This document shows, piece after piece, positions 63,704 through 64,000 of a DNA stretch of 64,000 nucleotides (position 1 is its first letter; each line of letters opens with the position of its first letter). Made by a program: the position numbers and the translations under genes. The DNA comes from the human T2T-CHM13v2.0 reference genome, Homo sapiens. The DNA lies in assembly GCF_009914755.1 (NCBI RefSeq), contig NC_060938.1. One strand, 5' to 3'. The notes under the pieces are model-generated. The model saw nothing but the letters and a program-made list of their open reading frames with translations. It had not been told where the DNA came from and did not search any database.

Positions 63704-64000
63704 GTAATGACATTTCCACCACAGAACAACAAGAAAAATAAGAAATATCAACAAACTTCAATAAAGCCAGGAAATATATGAAGCTGAAGCTTTAATTCAT
63801 GAAGGTAGATTATAATGTATATGGAGACAGATGGAGGAAGATGAAACCCAAATGTCTACAGAGAGTAATACTGACAAGCAGCAGCAAATCTGCCCCACAG
63901 AACCAAATAAGGATTCAGGAGCTAAAGGCATTTGGTACAAAGGAAGGCATGGACATGAAAACAGAAGACTTGGTTAAGTCTGGATAAGGGAGAGTTAGAA

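Overview
Primate genomic DNA, almost certainly human. The gene content matches the 14q21 interval LINC01599 - VCPKMT - SOS2 (recognised from protein sequence, not a database search). The right third holds the complete 6-exon VCPKMT/METTL21D gene (minus strand, 229 aa) and the last two exons plus 3'UTR of SOS2 (minus strand), whose poly(A) site lies only ~0.5 kb upstream of the VCPKMT CpG-island promoter. The rest is repeat-rich sequence (Alu, L1, L2, MIR, MaLR LTRs, DNA transposons, 7SK and Y3 retrocopies). The most striking structure is a nested retrotransposon at 10.0-18.3 kb. A full-length, TSD-flanked L1PA4/5-like element has a precisely spliced 5'UTR (SpIRE-type). A human-specific MAST2-SVA (SVA_F1) has inserted into its ORF1, carrying ~390 bp of extra 5'-transduced sequence inside its own TSDs. 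Other points are repeated same-site retro-insertions, an L1 with a short 3' transduction, a ~208-bp tandem duplication in a SOS2 intron, and inverted Alus around two phase-0 VCPKMT exons. I found no evidence of a prokaryote-type or wholly new gene system. Repeat subfamily calls are by eye and their boundaries are approximate.
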